Shown: piece after piece, positions 1 through 9,039 of the stretch | How positions within the stretch are numbered: position 1 is the first letter of the stretch | Layout: each line of letters begins with the position of its first letter | Source: Gaiellaceae bacterium | Lineage (GTDB): Bacteria > Actinomycetota > Thermoleophilia > Gaiellales > Gaiellaceae | Assembly: GCA_035703805.1 (NCBI GenBank) | Contig: DASSXM010000036.1 | Location: 2,580 to 66,579, forward strand | DNA length: 64,000 nucleotides | Direction of reading: 5' to 3' | Program-made: the position numbers and the translations under genes | Notes under the pieces: generated by a model | Told to the model about the DNA's origin: nothing | Seen by the model: the letters and a program-made list of their open reading frames with translations, nothing else | Databases searched by the model: none

Positions 1-1336
1 ACGTCGGTACGTCGTTGATCAACACGCCGCCGAAGCGGAGCGAGCGAGCCGCATTCATCGCCTTGCCGAGATCGTTTGTGAAGACGCCGGCGTGAAGGCC
101 GAAGTCGCTCTCGTTTGCGATCGCCAACGCCTCGTCGAACTCCTCATAGCGAATCGTGACCACGACGGGGCCGAAGACCTCGCGTACGCACACGCTCGCA
201 TCCCGAGGTACGCCGTCGATGATCGTCGGTATGAGCAACCCGTTCTCGAGCCGGCCGCCGGCGAGTACCCTGCCGCCGCGACTCACCGCTTCCTCGATCC
301 AGGCGAGTACCCGCGCCGTCTCAGGCTGGCTGATGAGTGGACCGACATCGGTCGCTTCCTCGAGCGGATCGCCGACGACGAGCCGCTCGACCGCTTCAAC
401 AAGGTGACCGAGGAACTTGTTGTAGATGCGCTCGTGGATGAGAATCCTTTGTGTGGAGATGCAGCTCTGACCGGCGTGTGAGAAGCCTGCTGCCGCTGCC
501 TTTTCCGCGACGAGCTGCAGATCCGCGTCTGGCTCGATGATCAACGGTGCGTTCGATCCAAGCTCGAGCGACACCCGTTTCTTGGGCGCGCGGGCCGGGA
601 TCGTCCATCCCACCGCCGGGCTGCCGGTGAACGTGACGAGGGCGGGTACGTCGTTCGCCACCAGCGCATCGCCAACTTCCCCTCCAGGGCCGGGTACGAC
701 CGAGACCCAGTCCTCTGGGAGGCCCGATTCACAAAGCAGCGCGACGAGTTTGAGGGCGGAGAGAGGCGTCGCCGATGCGGGCTTCAGCACGACGGGGCAG
801 CCGGCTGCGATCGCAGGTGCAACCTTGTGTGCGACAAGGTTGAGCGGGAAGTTGAACGGCGAGATCGCGGCGACAACGCCGATCGGCACTCGCAACACGA
901 ATCCCAGTTTCCCCGCTCCAGCCTGCGAGGCCTCCATCGGCACAAGTTCACCGGAGAGCCGACGCGCTTCCACCGCGGCGAACGTGAGCGTATCGACGCA
1001 ACGCAGCGCTTCCAGCCGCGCTGTCCGGATCGGCTTACCTGATTCGAGGGCGATCGTTCGCGCGAAGTCGTCGGTTCGACCACGGAGCTTCTCGGCGGCG
1101 GTCTCGAGGACGCGAGCTCGCGCGTGCTGTGGGAAGTCGTCGCGGTGAAGCGCCGCGGCGGCGACGGCGCAAGCGTTGTCGACGTCTTCTGCGCCGCACT
1201 CGCTGACCTCGGCGATGACCGAGCCGTTGAAGGGGTTACAGACCGTGATCCATCGGCCCGTCTCGACCGGTCCTGCGATCCAGGCGGGAAGACGTCCGTG
1301 CTGGGATTGCGTCTCCTGAACAATCGTCTCGGTCAT
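1..1336 (-). CDS. aldehyde dehydrogenase family protein (3' end beyond window start)
   Basis: This is my own minus-strand translation; it is absent from the ORF track because it runs off the window. It reads MTETIVQETQSQHGRLPAWIAGPVE..., SPFNFPLNLVAHK, ELGSNAP, the catalytic-Cys motif HAGQSCIS, and ...EVFGPVVVTIRYEEFDEALAIANESDFGLHAGVFT. The ATG at 1336-1334 overlaps the amidase stop (ATGA). Confidence 0.85.
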   Translation of the reverse strand, partial: MTETIVQETQSQHGRLPAWIAGPVETGRWITVCNPFNGSVIAEVSECGAEDVDNACAVAAAALHRDDFPQHARARVLETAAEKLRGRTDDFARTIALESGKPIRTARLEALRCVDTLTFAAVEARRLSGELVPMEASQAGAGKLGFVLRVPIGVVAAISPFNFPLNLVAHKVAPAIAAGCPVVLKPASATPLSALKLVALLCESGLPEDWVSVVPGPGGEVGDALVANDVPALVTFTGSPAVGWTIPARAPKKRVSLELGSNAPLIIEPDADLQLVAEKAAAAGFSHAGQSCISTQRILIHERIYNKFLGHLVEAVERLVVGDPLEEATDVGPLISQPETARVLAWIEEAVSRGGRVLAGGRLENGLLIPTIIDGVPRDASVCVREVFGPVVVTIRYEEFDEALAIANESDFGLHAGVFTNDLGKAMNAARSLRFGGVLINDVPT

Positions 1337-2724
1337 GTCGGTCTCCGATCGGCAAGGGGATTGGCGGCCTGATACGCATTCGCGACCTGGAGGACACGGT
1401 GGTCGGCGTACTTGGCGCCCACGAGTTGCAGTCCAATCGGCATGCCGGCGGAGGTGAATCCACACGGCACTGAGATCGCCGGTTGCTGGGTCAAATTGAA
1501 GGGGTACGAGAGCGGCGTCCACGTTGGCCAGCGTTGCGCGTGCCAATCGGGAGGCACCTCCAGCCCCGCCGCAAACGCGGAGATGGGAACGGTGGGTGTG
1601 AGTAGCAGGTCGTAGCGCTCGTGGAAGCTTGCGAGCCGCGACCCGAGCTCCGCGCGTCTGATCGTCGCGGCCACATAGTCGACAACCGGGATGAGCGCTC
1701 CGATCTCTGCGACTTCGCGTAAGCCCGGGTCGAGCTGATCGGAGGCGACGGTGGTAACGGCCTTCGCGGCTCCTGCATACCAGAGGGTCTCGAATACGGG
1801 GAGCGCATCGCCGAGATCGGGCTCGGCCCGTTCGACCTCTGCTCCCATTGATGAGAATGCGTGCGCGGCTTGCTCGACCGCCTTAGTGATCTCGGAGTCG
1901 ACCGGGACGTCTCCCAGCTGCGGCGCAAACGCGATACGAACGCCCTTGAGCTCGCCGGTCAACATCTCAAGCTCACCGCCCCTCGTGTCGGGGGACAGAG
2001 ACGTCCAGTCGCGCGAATCAGGCCCCGCGAGGAGGCGCGTCAAGAGCGCGGCGTCGGTGACCGTCCACGCCAGCGGCCCCGCATGCGCGAGCGTGCCGAA
2101 GGGGCTCGCCGGCCACAGTGGCAGCATCCCAAAGGTCGGCTTGAACCCGACGGTTCCACAGAACGCAGCAGGAATGCGGATCGATCCGCCGCCGTCGGTG
2201 CCAAGCGCCAAGGGTGCGATTCCAAGTGCGACTGCTGCCGCGCTCCCCCCGCTCGAGCCGCCCGCTGTGCGGCCGTGGTTCCACGGATTGCGGGTAATGC
2301 CGCCGAGAGGACTGTCTGTGACCGCCTTCCAGCCAAACTCAGGCGTCGTTGTCTTGCCGATCAGCACAGCGCCGTGCCGTCGCAGACGCTCCACGACGGG
2401 CGCATCAGCATCCCACGGTCCACCGGGGTCGACTGTCCGCGAACCGCGGAGAGTGGGCCAGCCAGCGGTGAGGAAGACATCCTTCACGGCGACCGGGACG
2501 CCATCGAGTGCGTGCGCTTCTCCGACCAGCCAACGCCGCTCGGAAGCTTGAGCTTGTGCGAGCGATGACTCCGGGTTCACGAAACAAAAAGCGTTGATGT
2601 CCGGGTTGTGTGTCTCGATCCCTTTGAGAGCTGCTTCGGTGACGTCAACCGGCGATGCCTCTCGTGTCCGGTACAGCCCCAACAACTCCAGGGCGCTGAG
2701 GCTCGTGAGTTCGCTCGCGGTCAT
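1333..2724 (-). CDS. amidase (amidase-signature family)
   Basis: 463-aa ORF with GGSSGGSAAAVALG and GTDGGGSIRIPAAFCG motifs. It has ATGA overlaps with the genes on both sides. Confidence 0.9.
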   Translation of the reverse strand: MTASELTSLSALELLGLYRTREASPVDVTEAALKGIETHNPDINAFCFVNPESSLAQAQASERRWLVGEAHALDGVPVAVKDVFLTAGWPTLRGSRTVDPGGPWDADAPVVERLRRHGAVLIGKTTTPEFGWKAVTDSPLGGITRNPWNHGRTAGGSSGGSAAAVALGIAPLALGTDGGGSIRIPAAFCGTVGFKPTFGMLPLWPASPFGTLAHAGPLAWTVTDAALLTRLLAGPDSRDWTSLSPDTRGGELEMLTGELKGVRIAFAPQLGDVPVDSEITKAVEQAAHAFSSMGAEVERAEPDLGDALPVFETLWYAGAAKAVTTVASDQLDPGLREVAEIGALIPVVDYVAATIRRAELGSRLASFHERYDLLLTPTVPISAFAAGLEVPPDWHAQRWPTWTPLSYPFNLTQQPAISVPCGFTSAGMPIGLQLVGAKYADHRVLQVANAYQAANPLADRRPT

Positions 2725-3725
2725 CGCTGCAGCTGCCCGGTTTGCTTATCGACGAGGTTCAGTAGCGGTTCGCCTCGCAGCCGACGCTCGAAGTTCTCCA
2801 TGAAGAGAGCTGCAACTTCGTCCTTCCAGCCGACGACATCGCCCGACATGTGGGGCGAGACGATCACGTTTGCCATCGCCCACAGCGGCGAGCCTGCGCC
2901 GAGCGGTTCGCTCGTGAAGACATCGAGCGCAGCGCCTTTCAGCCCGCCCGAGCGGAGTGCGTTGATGAGCGCTGCTTCATCGACAAGTCTTCCTCGGGCG
3001 ACGTTGATGAGCCGGGCGCTCGGGCGCATTCGGGAGAGCATGGGAGCGTCGATCATTCCCTCCGTCTCAGGGGTGAGTGGCACAGCTAAGACAACCCAGT
3101 CAGCCTGTGACAACGCGTCGGGAAGATCGACTCGTCCGACTACGAAACCGAACTCCGGATCGGTGCGCGCTGTCCGTGCTACGCAAAGAACGTCCACGCC
3201 GACCGCTCTCAGCAGGCGCGCCGTCGCGCGACCGATTCCGCCGACTCCGACGACCACCGCCGTCGAGCCCCGCAGCCGTTCCGGCTCACGATGCTGCCAA
3301 ACCCCTTGGCGCTGAAGCTCAAGCGTCTCTGGGAGGTCTTTCGCAAGCGCGAGCATCGCGGCGAGCACCCACTCTGCGATCGGCTCATCGAAAACACCGC
3401 TGGAGTTCGTCACCATCACATCGCTCGAGGCCAGCTCCTCGAACAGCAGTGCATCGACGCCTGCCGAGGCGGCATGTATCCACTCGAGGCGTGTCGCCGC
3501 CGACCATGCGTCTCGCAGATGAGGCGTTCGGAAGTCCCACAGGAAGAGCGTGTCTGCGCCGTTCAGGGCCAAGCGGAGCTCATCGAGAGTGGCGACGACT
3601 GTGATCCGCGCCCGATCTGCGATCCCGTCGAGGGTCGGCAGGGCCGGCTGCGTTTCGCCGGTCAGGACGACGACACGCGATAGCGGCGTCCGGTTCACGA
3701 TGGGAGCTTGCACACCGGCGGGCAC
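2721..3725 (-). CDS. D-isomer-specific 2-hydroxyacid dehydrogenase family protein
   Basis: 334-aa ORF with NAD-binding VVGVGGIGRATARLL, NVARGRLVDEAAL and SPHMSG. The start is GTG 3725 or GTG 3698 (VNRTPLSRVVVL). Confidence 0.85.
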   Translation of the reverse strand: MPAGVQAPIVNRTPLSRVVVLTGETQPALPTLDGIADRARITVVATLDELRLALNGADTLFLWDFRTPHLRDAWSAATRLEWIHAASAGVDALLFEELASSDVMVTNSSGVFDEPIAEWVLAAMLALAKDLPETLELQRQGVWQHREPERLRGSTAVVVGVGGIGRATARLLRAVGVDVLCVARTARTDPEFGFVVGRVDLPDALSQADWVVLAVPLTPETEGMIDAPMLSRMRPSARLINVARGRLVDEAALINALRSGGLKGAALDVFTSEPLGAGSPLWAMANVIVSPHMSGDVVGWKDEVAALFMENFERRLRGEPLLNLVDKQTGQLQR

Positions 3726-3752
3726 GTTGCAACGCTACTGACGGCAAGCTAT

Positions 3753-3766
3753 GATTGTCAACAATC
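3753..3766. promoter_or_regulatory. AT-rich palindrome GATTGT-CA-ACAATC, candidate GntR-type operator
   Basis: The palindrome has 6-bp inverted arms. It lies in the short divergent region between the two dehydrogenase genes and fits the generic GntR-family GT-N-AC operator pattern. A GntR gene sits in the adjacent operon. Confidence 0.35.
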
Positions 3767-3788
3767 CTACGACCTGGGGTGGGCGAAC

Positions 3789-4772
3789 GTGCCGCTGTGC
3801 GTAATCACCGATTACATGGGAGACGACGTCGAGGTCGAGCGGGAACTCCTTGCGCGCGCAGGAATCGACGTCTACGTTGCTCGCTCACCGATCGCGGAGG
3901 ATTGGATCGGCTTCGCGGAGGAAGCTGATGCAATCCTGACGCGTCACGCCCCGATTCGTAACACGTCGATCAAGCGACTCAACCGCTGCAGAATCATCTC
4001 CCGCTATGGGACGGGACACGACAACATCGACATTGATGCCGCGAGCGAGCACGGTATCGAGGTCGCCTGGGTCGAGGACTACTGCACCGACGAGGTCGCA
4101 GATCATGCCCTTGCGCTCTTGCTCAGCTGCGCGCGATGCGTTGTCGAACTCGCAGACCATGTGCGCGACGGAGGCTGGACGCCCGAGCCGCACCCGCCGA
4201 TCGTCCGGCTACGTGGAAGAACACTCGGTCTGCTGGGCTGCGGCCGAATCGGCTCCGCGGTCGCATCACGCGCCGTCGCATTTGGGCTCAACGTGATCGC
4301 ATACGACCCCTACTCGCCAATGCCGGCGAACGTACACGCAGCCAAGAGCATCGACGAGCTCGTCTCTCGCGCCGACATCCTCTCACTCCATACGCCGTTG
4401 ACAGCTGAGACACGCGGCGTCATCGATGAGCATCGGATTTCGCTCCTGCCGGAAGGAGCAATCATCATCAACGTCGCACGTGGTGGCCTCATCGACTTCG
4501 ATGCAGCCGAGCGCGCGCTGCGAAGCGGCCGACTCGCTGCCCTCGGGCTCGACGTCCTCGACCATGAGCCGCCCGCCCCCAATCACCCGCTGCGCACGCT
4601 TCCACGGGCCCTCGTTACACCGCATCTCGCCTACTACTCACGGGCGAGCGTCGAGGAAGCGAAACGGCGAAGCGTCACCGCCATCCTCCGCGCGCTCGCA
4701 AACACACCAGAGGCGCCGGCCGTGAGGGCTACTGCCGCCGCGGACGCCGCTGTCGAGGTCATGCCGAAATGA
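3789..4772 (+). CDS. D-isomer-specific 2-hydroxyacid / phosphoglycerate dehydrogenase family protein
   Basis: Lies in track ORF 3708-4772. Motifs are LGLLGCGRIGSAVASRAVAFGLNV, INVARGGLID and TPHLAY. The likely start is GTG 3789 (VPLCVITDYMG), because the codons upstream are poorly biased. Confidence 0.85.
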   Translation: MPLCVITDYMGDDVEVERELLARAGIDVYVARSPIAEDWIGFAEEADAILTRHAPIRNTSIKRLNRCRIISRYGTGHDNIDIDAASEHGIEVAWVEDYCTDEVADHALALLLSCARCVVELADHVRDGGWTPEPHPPIVRLRGRTLGLLGCGRIGSAVASRAVAFGLNVIAYDPYSPMPANVHAAKSIDELVSRADILSLHTPLTAETRGVIDEHRISLLPEGAIIINVARGGLIDFDAAERALRSGRLAALGLDVLDHEPPAPNHPLRTLPRALVTPHLAYYSRASVEEAKRRSVTAILRALANTPEAPAVRATAAADAAVEVMPK

Positions 4773-5449
4773 GCGACAAGCGGACCGGAGTCGCAGCACT
4801 CGAGCCGCTCGACCGCGAGACGACTGCAAGCATCATCGCCGATCGCATCCGCGAAGCAATCATGCAAGGGGCCTTAACGCCTGGTGCCCAACTGGTCGAG
4901 GCCGAGCTCGCCTCCCGCTTCCGCGTTAGCCGCGGCCCCGTTCGCGAAGCAATCCAGCGACTCGTCCAAGAGGGGCTGTTAACGAGCGAACGCTTCCGCG
5001 GCGTCTTCGTGACCAGCCTCGACAACCAGCAGACACGCGATCTGTACCTCGCGCGTCGCGCGATCGAGCGAGCCGCGGTCGAAACGCTCACCAAAGACCC
5101 GACACCCGAGCAGCTGTCACGACTCAACGAGCTCCTGGCCCGAATGCAGCGCGCCGCCGGCAGAAACCGCTGGGCAGACCTCGCCTCCCTTGACCTCGCA
5201 TTCCATGAAGCCCTCGTCGCGGCCACCGAAAGCAAGCGCCTGGTACGCATGTTTCGCACGCTGATCGTCGAGACCAGCATCTGCGTCGCCGCCCTGAAAC
5301 CGGCGTATCCCCACCTAAAGACGCTCGTTGAAGAGCACGAGACCCTTCTCCAAGCAATCGAGCGTGGCGATACCAAGCGAGCCCTCCAGCTGGTCGACGA
5401 ACACCTCGAGTCAGCTGTCCGCGACCTGACGACCCGATCGCCATCTTGA
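4769..5449 (+). CDS. GntR family transcriptional regulator (FadR/FCD-type C-terminal domain)
   Basis: 226 aa with a winged HTH, LVEAELASRFRVSRGPVREAIQRLVQEGLL. It has an ATGA overlap with the upstream dehydrogenase. Confidence 0.85.
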   Translation: MSDKRTGVAALEPLDRETTASIIADRIREAIMQGALTPGAQLVEAELASRFRVSRGPVREAIQRLVQEGLLTSERFRGVFVTSLDNQQTRDLYLARRAIERAAVETLTKDPTPEQLSRLNELLARMQRAAGRNRWADLASLDLAFHEALVAATESKRLVRMFRTLIVETSICVAALKPAYPHLKTLVEEHETLLQAIERGDTKRALQLVDEHLESAVRDLTTRSPS

Positions 5450-5484
5450 CGATACGAATGCCGGCGATCGCCTAGTCGACGCCT

Positions 5485-6003
5485 ATGAATGAGAGGAGAA
5501 AGCCGGTGCGCTACATCGAGATTGCGTACGAGCAACGGGGCGTCTCATGCGTCGCCCGCTTGCTCGACGAGGACGCACCACTCACCTGTGAAGCGGTCTG
5601 GAATGCGTTGCCGCTCACCGGCGAGGTGTTCCACGCCAAATACGCCCGGAACGAGGTGTACATCCTCGTGCCCAGCTTCGCGACCGCTGAGGTCCCGCCA
5701 GAGAACACGACCATCACGCCGATCCCCGGAGACGTCGTCTACTTCGGCTTCGAGCCATGGCAGCTCGCCGCGAGCTCTCACGGCTACAGCGGCACTGAGC
5801 GGCCCGACAGCGCGAACGTCGTCGACATGGCCGTCTTCTACGGCAGAAACAACCTTCTCCTCAACCCAGACTTCGGGTTTGTTCCCGGCAGTGTCTATGC
5901 CGCGATCGAAGAAGGGCTCGAAGCCTTTGCGGACGCGTCGCGCGAGATCTGGCGGAACGGCGGCGCAAACGAACGAATGATCTACCGCCGACAGCCCCAC
6001 TAG
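5485..6003 (+). CDS. cyclophilin-like DUF3830-type protein (family name from memory)
   Basis: 172 aa. CEAVWNALPLTGEVFHAKYARNEVYILVP...PGDVVYF resembles DUF3830 proteins as I remember them. Third-position G/C bias is good. Confidence 0.55.
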   Translation: MNERRKPVRYIEIAYEQRGVSCVARLLDEDAPLTCEAVWNALPLTGEVFHAKYARNEVYILVPSFATAEVPPENTTITPIPGDVVYFGFEPWQLAASSHGYSGTERPDSANVVDMAVFYGRNNLLLNPDFGFVPGSVYAAIEEGLEAFADASREIWRNGGANERMIYRRQPH

Positions 6004-6026
6004 CGCGAGTCGTACGGAGGAGGACG

Positions 6027-6710
6027 GTGGAAGCGCAAACAGCAAAGCGGAGAATCCAGCCCGCCGAAGGACCCAAGCCCGCCGGACACTACAGCCCTGG
6101 AATCCTGGCGGAGGGGCCTCTCGTCTTCATAGCCGGACAAGTGGGTCGAAGCCCTGGAAGCCAAGACGCCACACCCGGTATCGGCGAACAGACCAAACAA
6201 GCCCTTCGAAACATCGAAACCATCATCCAAGAAGCCGGCAGCTCGCTCCACGACCTCGTCAAGGTGAGCGTGTTTCTCTCCGACATCAGTGACTTCGCCG
6301 AGATGGACTCGGCATACCGCAGCGTCGTCCCTGATCCCCCGCCCGCAAGAACGACCGTGCAGTGCGTCCTTCCGCCCGGTTTCAGCGTCGAAATCGATGC
6401 AATCGCTCGTGTGAGAGCTGTCGAAGCGATCGGCGTTGCACGGGAAGGGGGCGAGTCGAACGCCGGCGCAAGAGCACCACATGCGCGCTCCTACTGGGCC
6501 CGCTTCAAGAAGCATGTGCAGGTCACACTTCAAGGCCTTCGCGACGTGGACGAGGAAACCGACATCGCGTCGTTCGGCGGAGCCTGGGGAGTCGCACCGC
6601 GCCCCCGGTCACGAGATCGGGTCCCTCCCGGCCCGCGGCACCGAGCGATCCTAGGGCGTCACTTCGCAACGCTGCGCCAAGCAAGCATTGGCCGTCAGTC
6701 GTCCGACTGA
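6027..6710 (+). CDS. ridA: RidA/YjgF/endoribonuclease L-PSP family protein with an aberrant ~95-codon C-terminal extension
   Basis: GTG start preceded by GGAGGAGG. The RidA domain (HYSPGILAEGPLVFIAGQVG...VSVFLSDISDFAEMDSAY...VEIDAIARV) is complete by about 6415. The remainder to the stop has poor codon bias. Confidence 0.75.
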   Translation: MEAQTAKRRIQPAEGPKPAGHYSPGILAEGPLVFIAGQVGRSPGSQDATPGIGEQTKQALRNIETIIQEAGSSLHDLVKVSVFLSDISDFAEMDSAYRSVVPDPPPARTTVQCVLPPGFSVEIDAIARVRAVEAIGVAREGGESNAGARAPHARSYWARFKKHVQVTLQGLRDVDEETDIASFGGAWGVAPRPRSRDRVPPGPRHRAILGRHFATLRQASIGRQSSD

Positions 6711-6714
6711 GCCG

Positions 6715-7296
6715 TCAGGTGTTCGCCGTGTTGTTGCCCGGCAGCCCGGCCAGAATCGTCGGGACGTATTCGAGGAGCTGGATGCGCCCGTCGAAGGTGC
6801 GGCTGCCGATCATCTCGAGAGCAACATCGGGGTAACCGTCGTAGATCCGCTCCCGGCCACTGGTGCCGGTGATGACGGGAAAGACGACCACGCGGAAGCG
6901 ATCCACCAGGCCCGCCTCGAGCAGGGCGCGGCAGAGGGTCAGGCTGCCGATCGTGCGCATCGACTTGGAGCCGCTCGCCTTGATCTCCCCAACGACCTCC
7001 ACGGCGTCTCCGGCCACCAGCTGCGTGTTCGGCCAGGTAAGCGGTTCCCTCAAGGTGGTCGAGAAGACGACCTTCGACATGCCTGCTAGTGCATCCGTGC
7101 CCGGCTCACCCTCGGCCGCGAATCGCGACATGACGCGATAGGTGGTTGCGCCCATGAGGATCATGTAGTCCATTTCGGGCTGCTCTCCCAACCAGGCGAG
7201 GTACTCGGGCCCTTCAAGCCCCCACCAGCCCGGCCAGCCCTCAGCAGCCGCGTAGCCATCCAGCGAAGTGATGAAGTCAACGAGAAGTTCTGACAT
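6715..7296 (-). CDS. dihydrofolate reductase-like (RibD C-terminal domain) family protein
   Basis: MSELLVDFITSLDGYAAAEGW...RFRVVVFPVITGTSGRERIYDG. The start was chosen at the internal ATG 7296, which is preceded by GGAAGGGAGAG. Confidence 0.75.
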   Translation of the reverse strand: MSELLVDFITSLDGYAAAEGWPGWWGLEGPEYLAWLGEQPEMDYMILMGATTYRVMSRFAAEGEPGTDALAGMSKVVFSTTLREPLTWPNTQLVAGDAVEVVGEIKASGSKSMRTIGSLTLCRALLEAGLVDRFRVVVFPVITGTSGRERIYDGYPDVALEMIGSRTFDGRIQLLEYVPTILAGLPGNNTANT

Positions 7297-7415
7297 CGCG
7301 CTCTCCCTTCCTTGGATCTCAGCTGACAGTTCCCGCCCCACAAGCTCGAGCCGATGAGTCCCGGCCTTTCGTCAAGTCATAGAAACGATCGGCGCACCGC
7401 GATTGGAGGATTTCG

Positions 7416-8060
7416 ATGAGCAAACTCAAGCTGAACATCACCATGTCGCTGGACGGCTACGTCGCCGGTCCCGAACAGAGCACACAGCACCCGCTCGGGA
7501 TCGGCGGCGAGCGACTCCACGAGTGGCTGGTACCGCTCAAAGCGTTCCGCGAGAGCCACGGCGAGCAGGGCGGCGAGGTCAATGCGAGCACGGCGTTCGC
7601 CGAGGACATCCTCGCCGGCGCCGGAGCGACCATTATGGGCCGGAACATGTTCGGCGGCGGCCCCGGGCCATGGGACAACGATTCGTGGAAGGGCTGGTGG
7701 GGCGACGATCCGCCCTTCCACCATCCGGTCTTCGTCCTCACACACCATCCCCGCGAGCCGCTCAAGATGGACGGTGGGACGACGTTCCACTTCGTTACCG
7801 ACGGGATCGAGTCGGCGCTCGAGCAAGCGCGAACGGCCGCGGGCGACAAGGGCGTCTCTCTCGGCGGCGGCGCCTCGGTGGCGCAGCAGTACCTCGCCGC
7901 AGGCCTGCTCGACGAACTCGTGGTAGCCGTCGCGCCGATCCTTCTCGGCGGCGGAGCACGACTCTTCGACAACCTGGGCGACGCCCCGCCCAAACTCGAA
8001 CAGATCGAGTCGGTCGGCGCGCCGGGGGTCACTCACATCAGGTACGTGCGCGTGAGCTGA
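7416..8060 (+). CDS. dihydrofolate reductase-like (RibD C-terminal domain) family protein
   Basis: 214 aa: MSKLKLNITMSLDGYVAGPEQ...VSLGGGASVAQQYLAAGLLDELVVAVAPILLGGG. It is a divergent paralog of the neighbouring gene. Confidence 0.8.
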   Translation: MSKLKLNITMSLDGYVAGPEQSTQHPLGIGGERLHEWLVPLKAFRESHGEQGGEVNASTAFAEDILAGAGATIMGRNMFGGGPGPWDNDSWKGWWGDDPPFHHPVFVLTHHPREPLKMDGGTTFHFVTDGIESALEQARTAAGDKGVSLGGGASVAQQYLAAGLLDELVVAVAPILLGGGARLFDNLGDAPPKLEQIESVGAPGVTHIRYVRVS

Positions 8061-8495
8061 AGACGCAGTTGCCGGGATGCAGAGAACCCTGACTCGTAGG
8101 GGATGGTGTGGAGCATCTATGGAGCAGAGCGGACGCAAATGCCCGCAAGTGACGGCAAGAGACGTCGCCGCGAAAGCCGCGAAGCTCCTTGCAAACAGCC
8201 TCCGCTAGTTGCATCCGCTTGCGGGCGACCCGAGATGGTAAGGAGGGGGTCGACGGTTCGAGAGGATTCGCTGATTCGACGCGCGCCCTCGAGCTGTCAG
8301 GCAAGCCTGACGTCACCACGGATTACAGGCCTCGTAAGAACCCAAAGCGGACACGGGCTGGTAGGGTCGTCACGCGGCACGGACCGAAGCCGGCACGGCC
8401 ACCAAGGCGACGCCGGGCGCCCGCGCCGAGCGGTTCCAGTGAAACCGCCAAGAGGCTGCCTGACCCGTACCGTGACGATTCCGTAGCGAAAGGTC

Positions 8496-8527
8496 ATATA
8501 GAAAACCCCCGCGTGTGCGAGGGTTTT
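8496..8527 (-). terminator. intrinsic terminator downstream of rnpB
   Basis: On the minus strand the sequence reads CCCUCGC-ACAC-GCGGGGG followed by UUUUCUAUAU. It lies directly after the RNase P RNA 3' end. Confidence 0.65.
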
Positions 8528-8838
<311 letters not shown>

Positions 8839-8856
<18 letters not shown>

Positions 8857-9039
8857 GAATTCTACCTGGGTTCCGGCCGAAACGGCACGTCCGTGCAGCA
8901 CCATCTCGCATTCGGGACAGCGCACGGCGGGCCCGTCGTGGAGGACGAACTCGCCGCAGACGGGGCACTCGAGCGAGGCTCCGCGCAGCACCGCAAGGAG
9001 CTCCTGCTCGAGCGTCCGATGAAGCGGCGCGACGTTCAC
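8839..9039 (-). CDS. small zinc-ribbon protein (CPVC...CPEC), function unknown
   Basis: 66 aa with strong third-position G/C bias. The GTG start overlaps the lexA stop (GTGA at 9036-9039). The last codons overlap the rnpB 5' end. Confidence 0.5.

Noticed and set aside
8245-8463. Calling this segment a tmRNA (ssrA) gene.
   Set aside because: Only fragmentary resemblance exists: a 5' GGGGG..GGUUCGAG string, CUCGUAA, and GCUGCCUGA. The candidate tag would be 6 codons. No T-arm or CCA 3' end is present. A full-length tmRNA would collide with rnpB on the other strand. It is kept only as an unassigned structured region.
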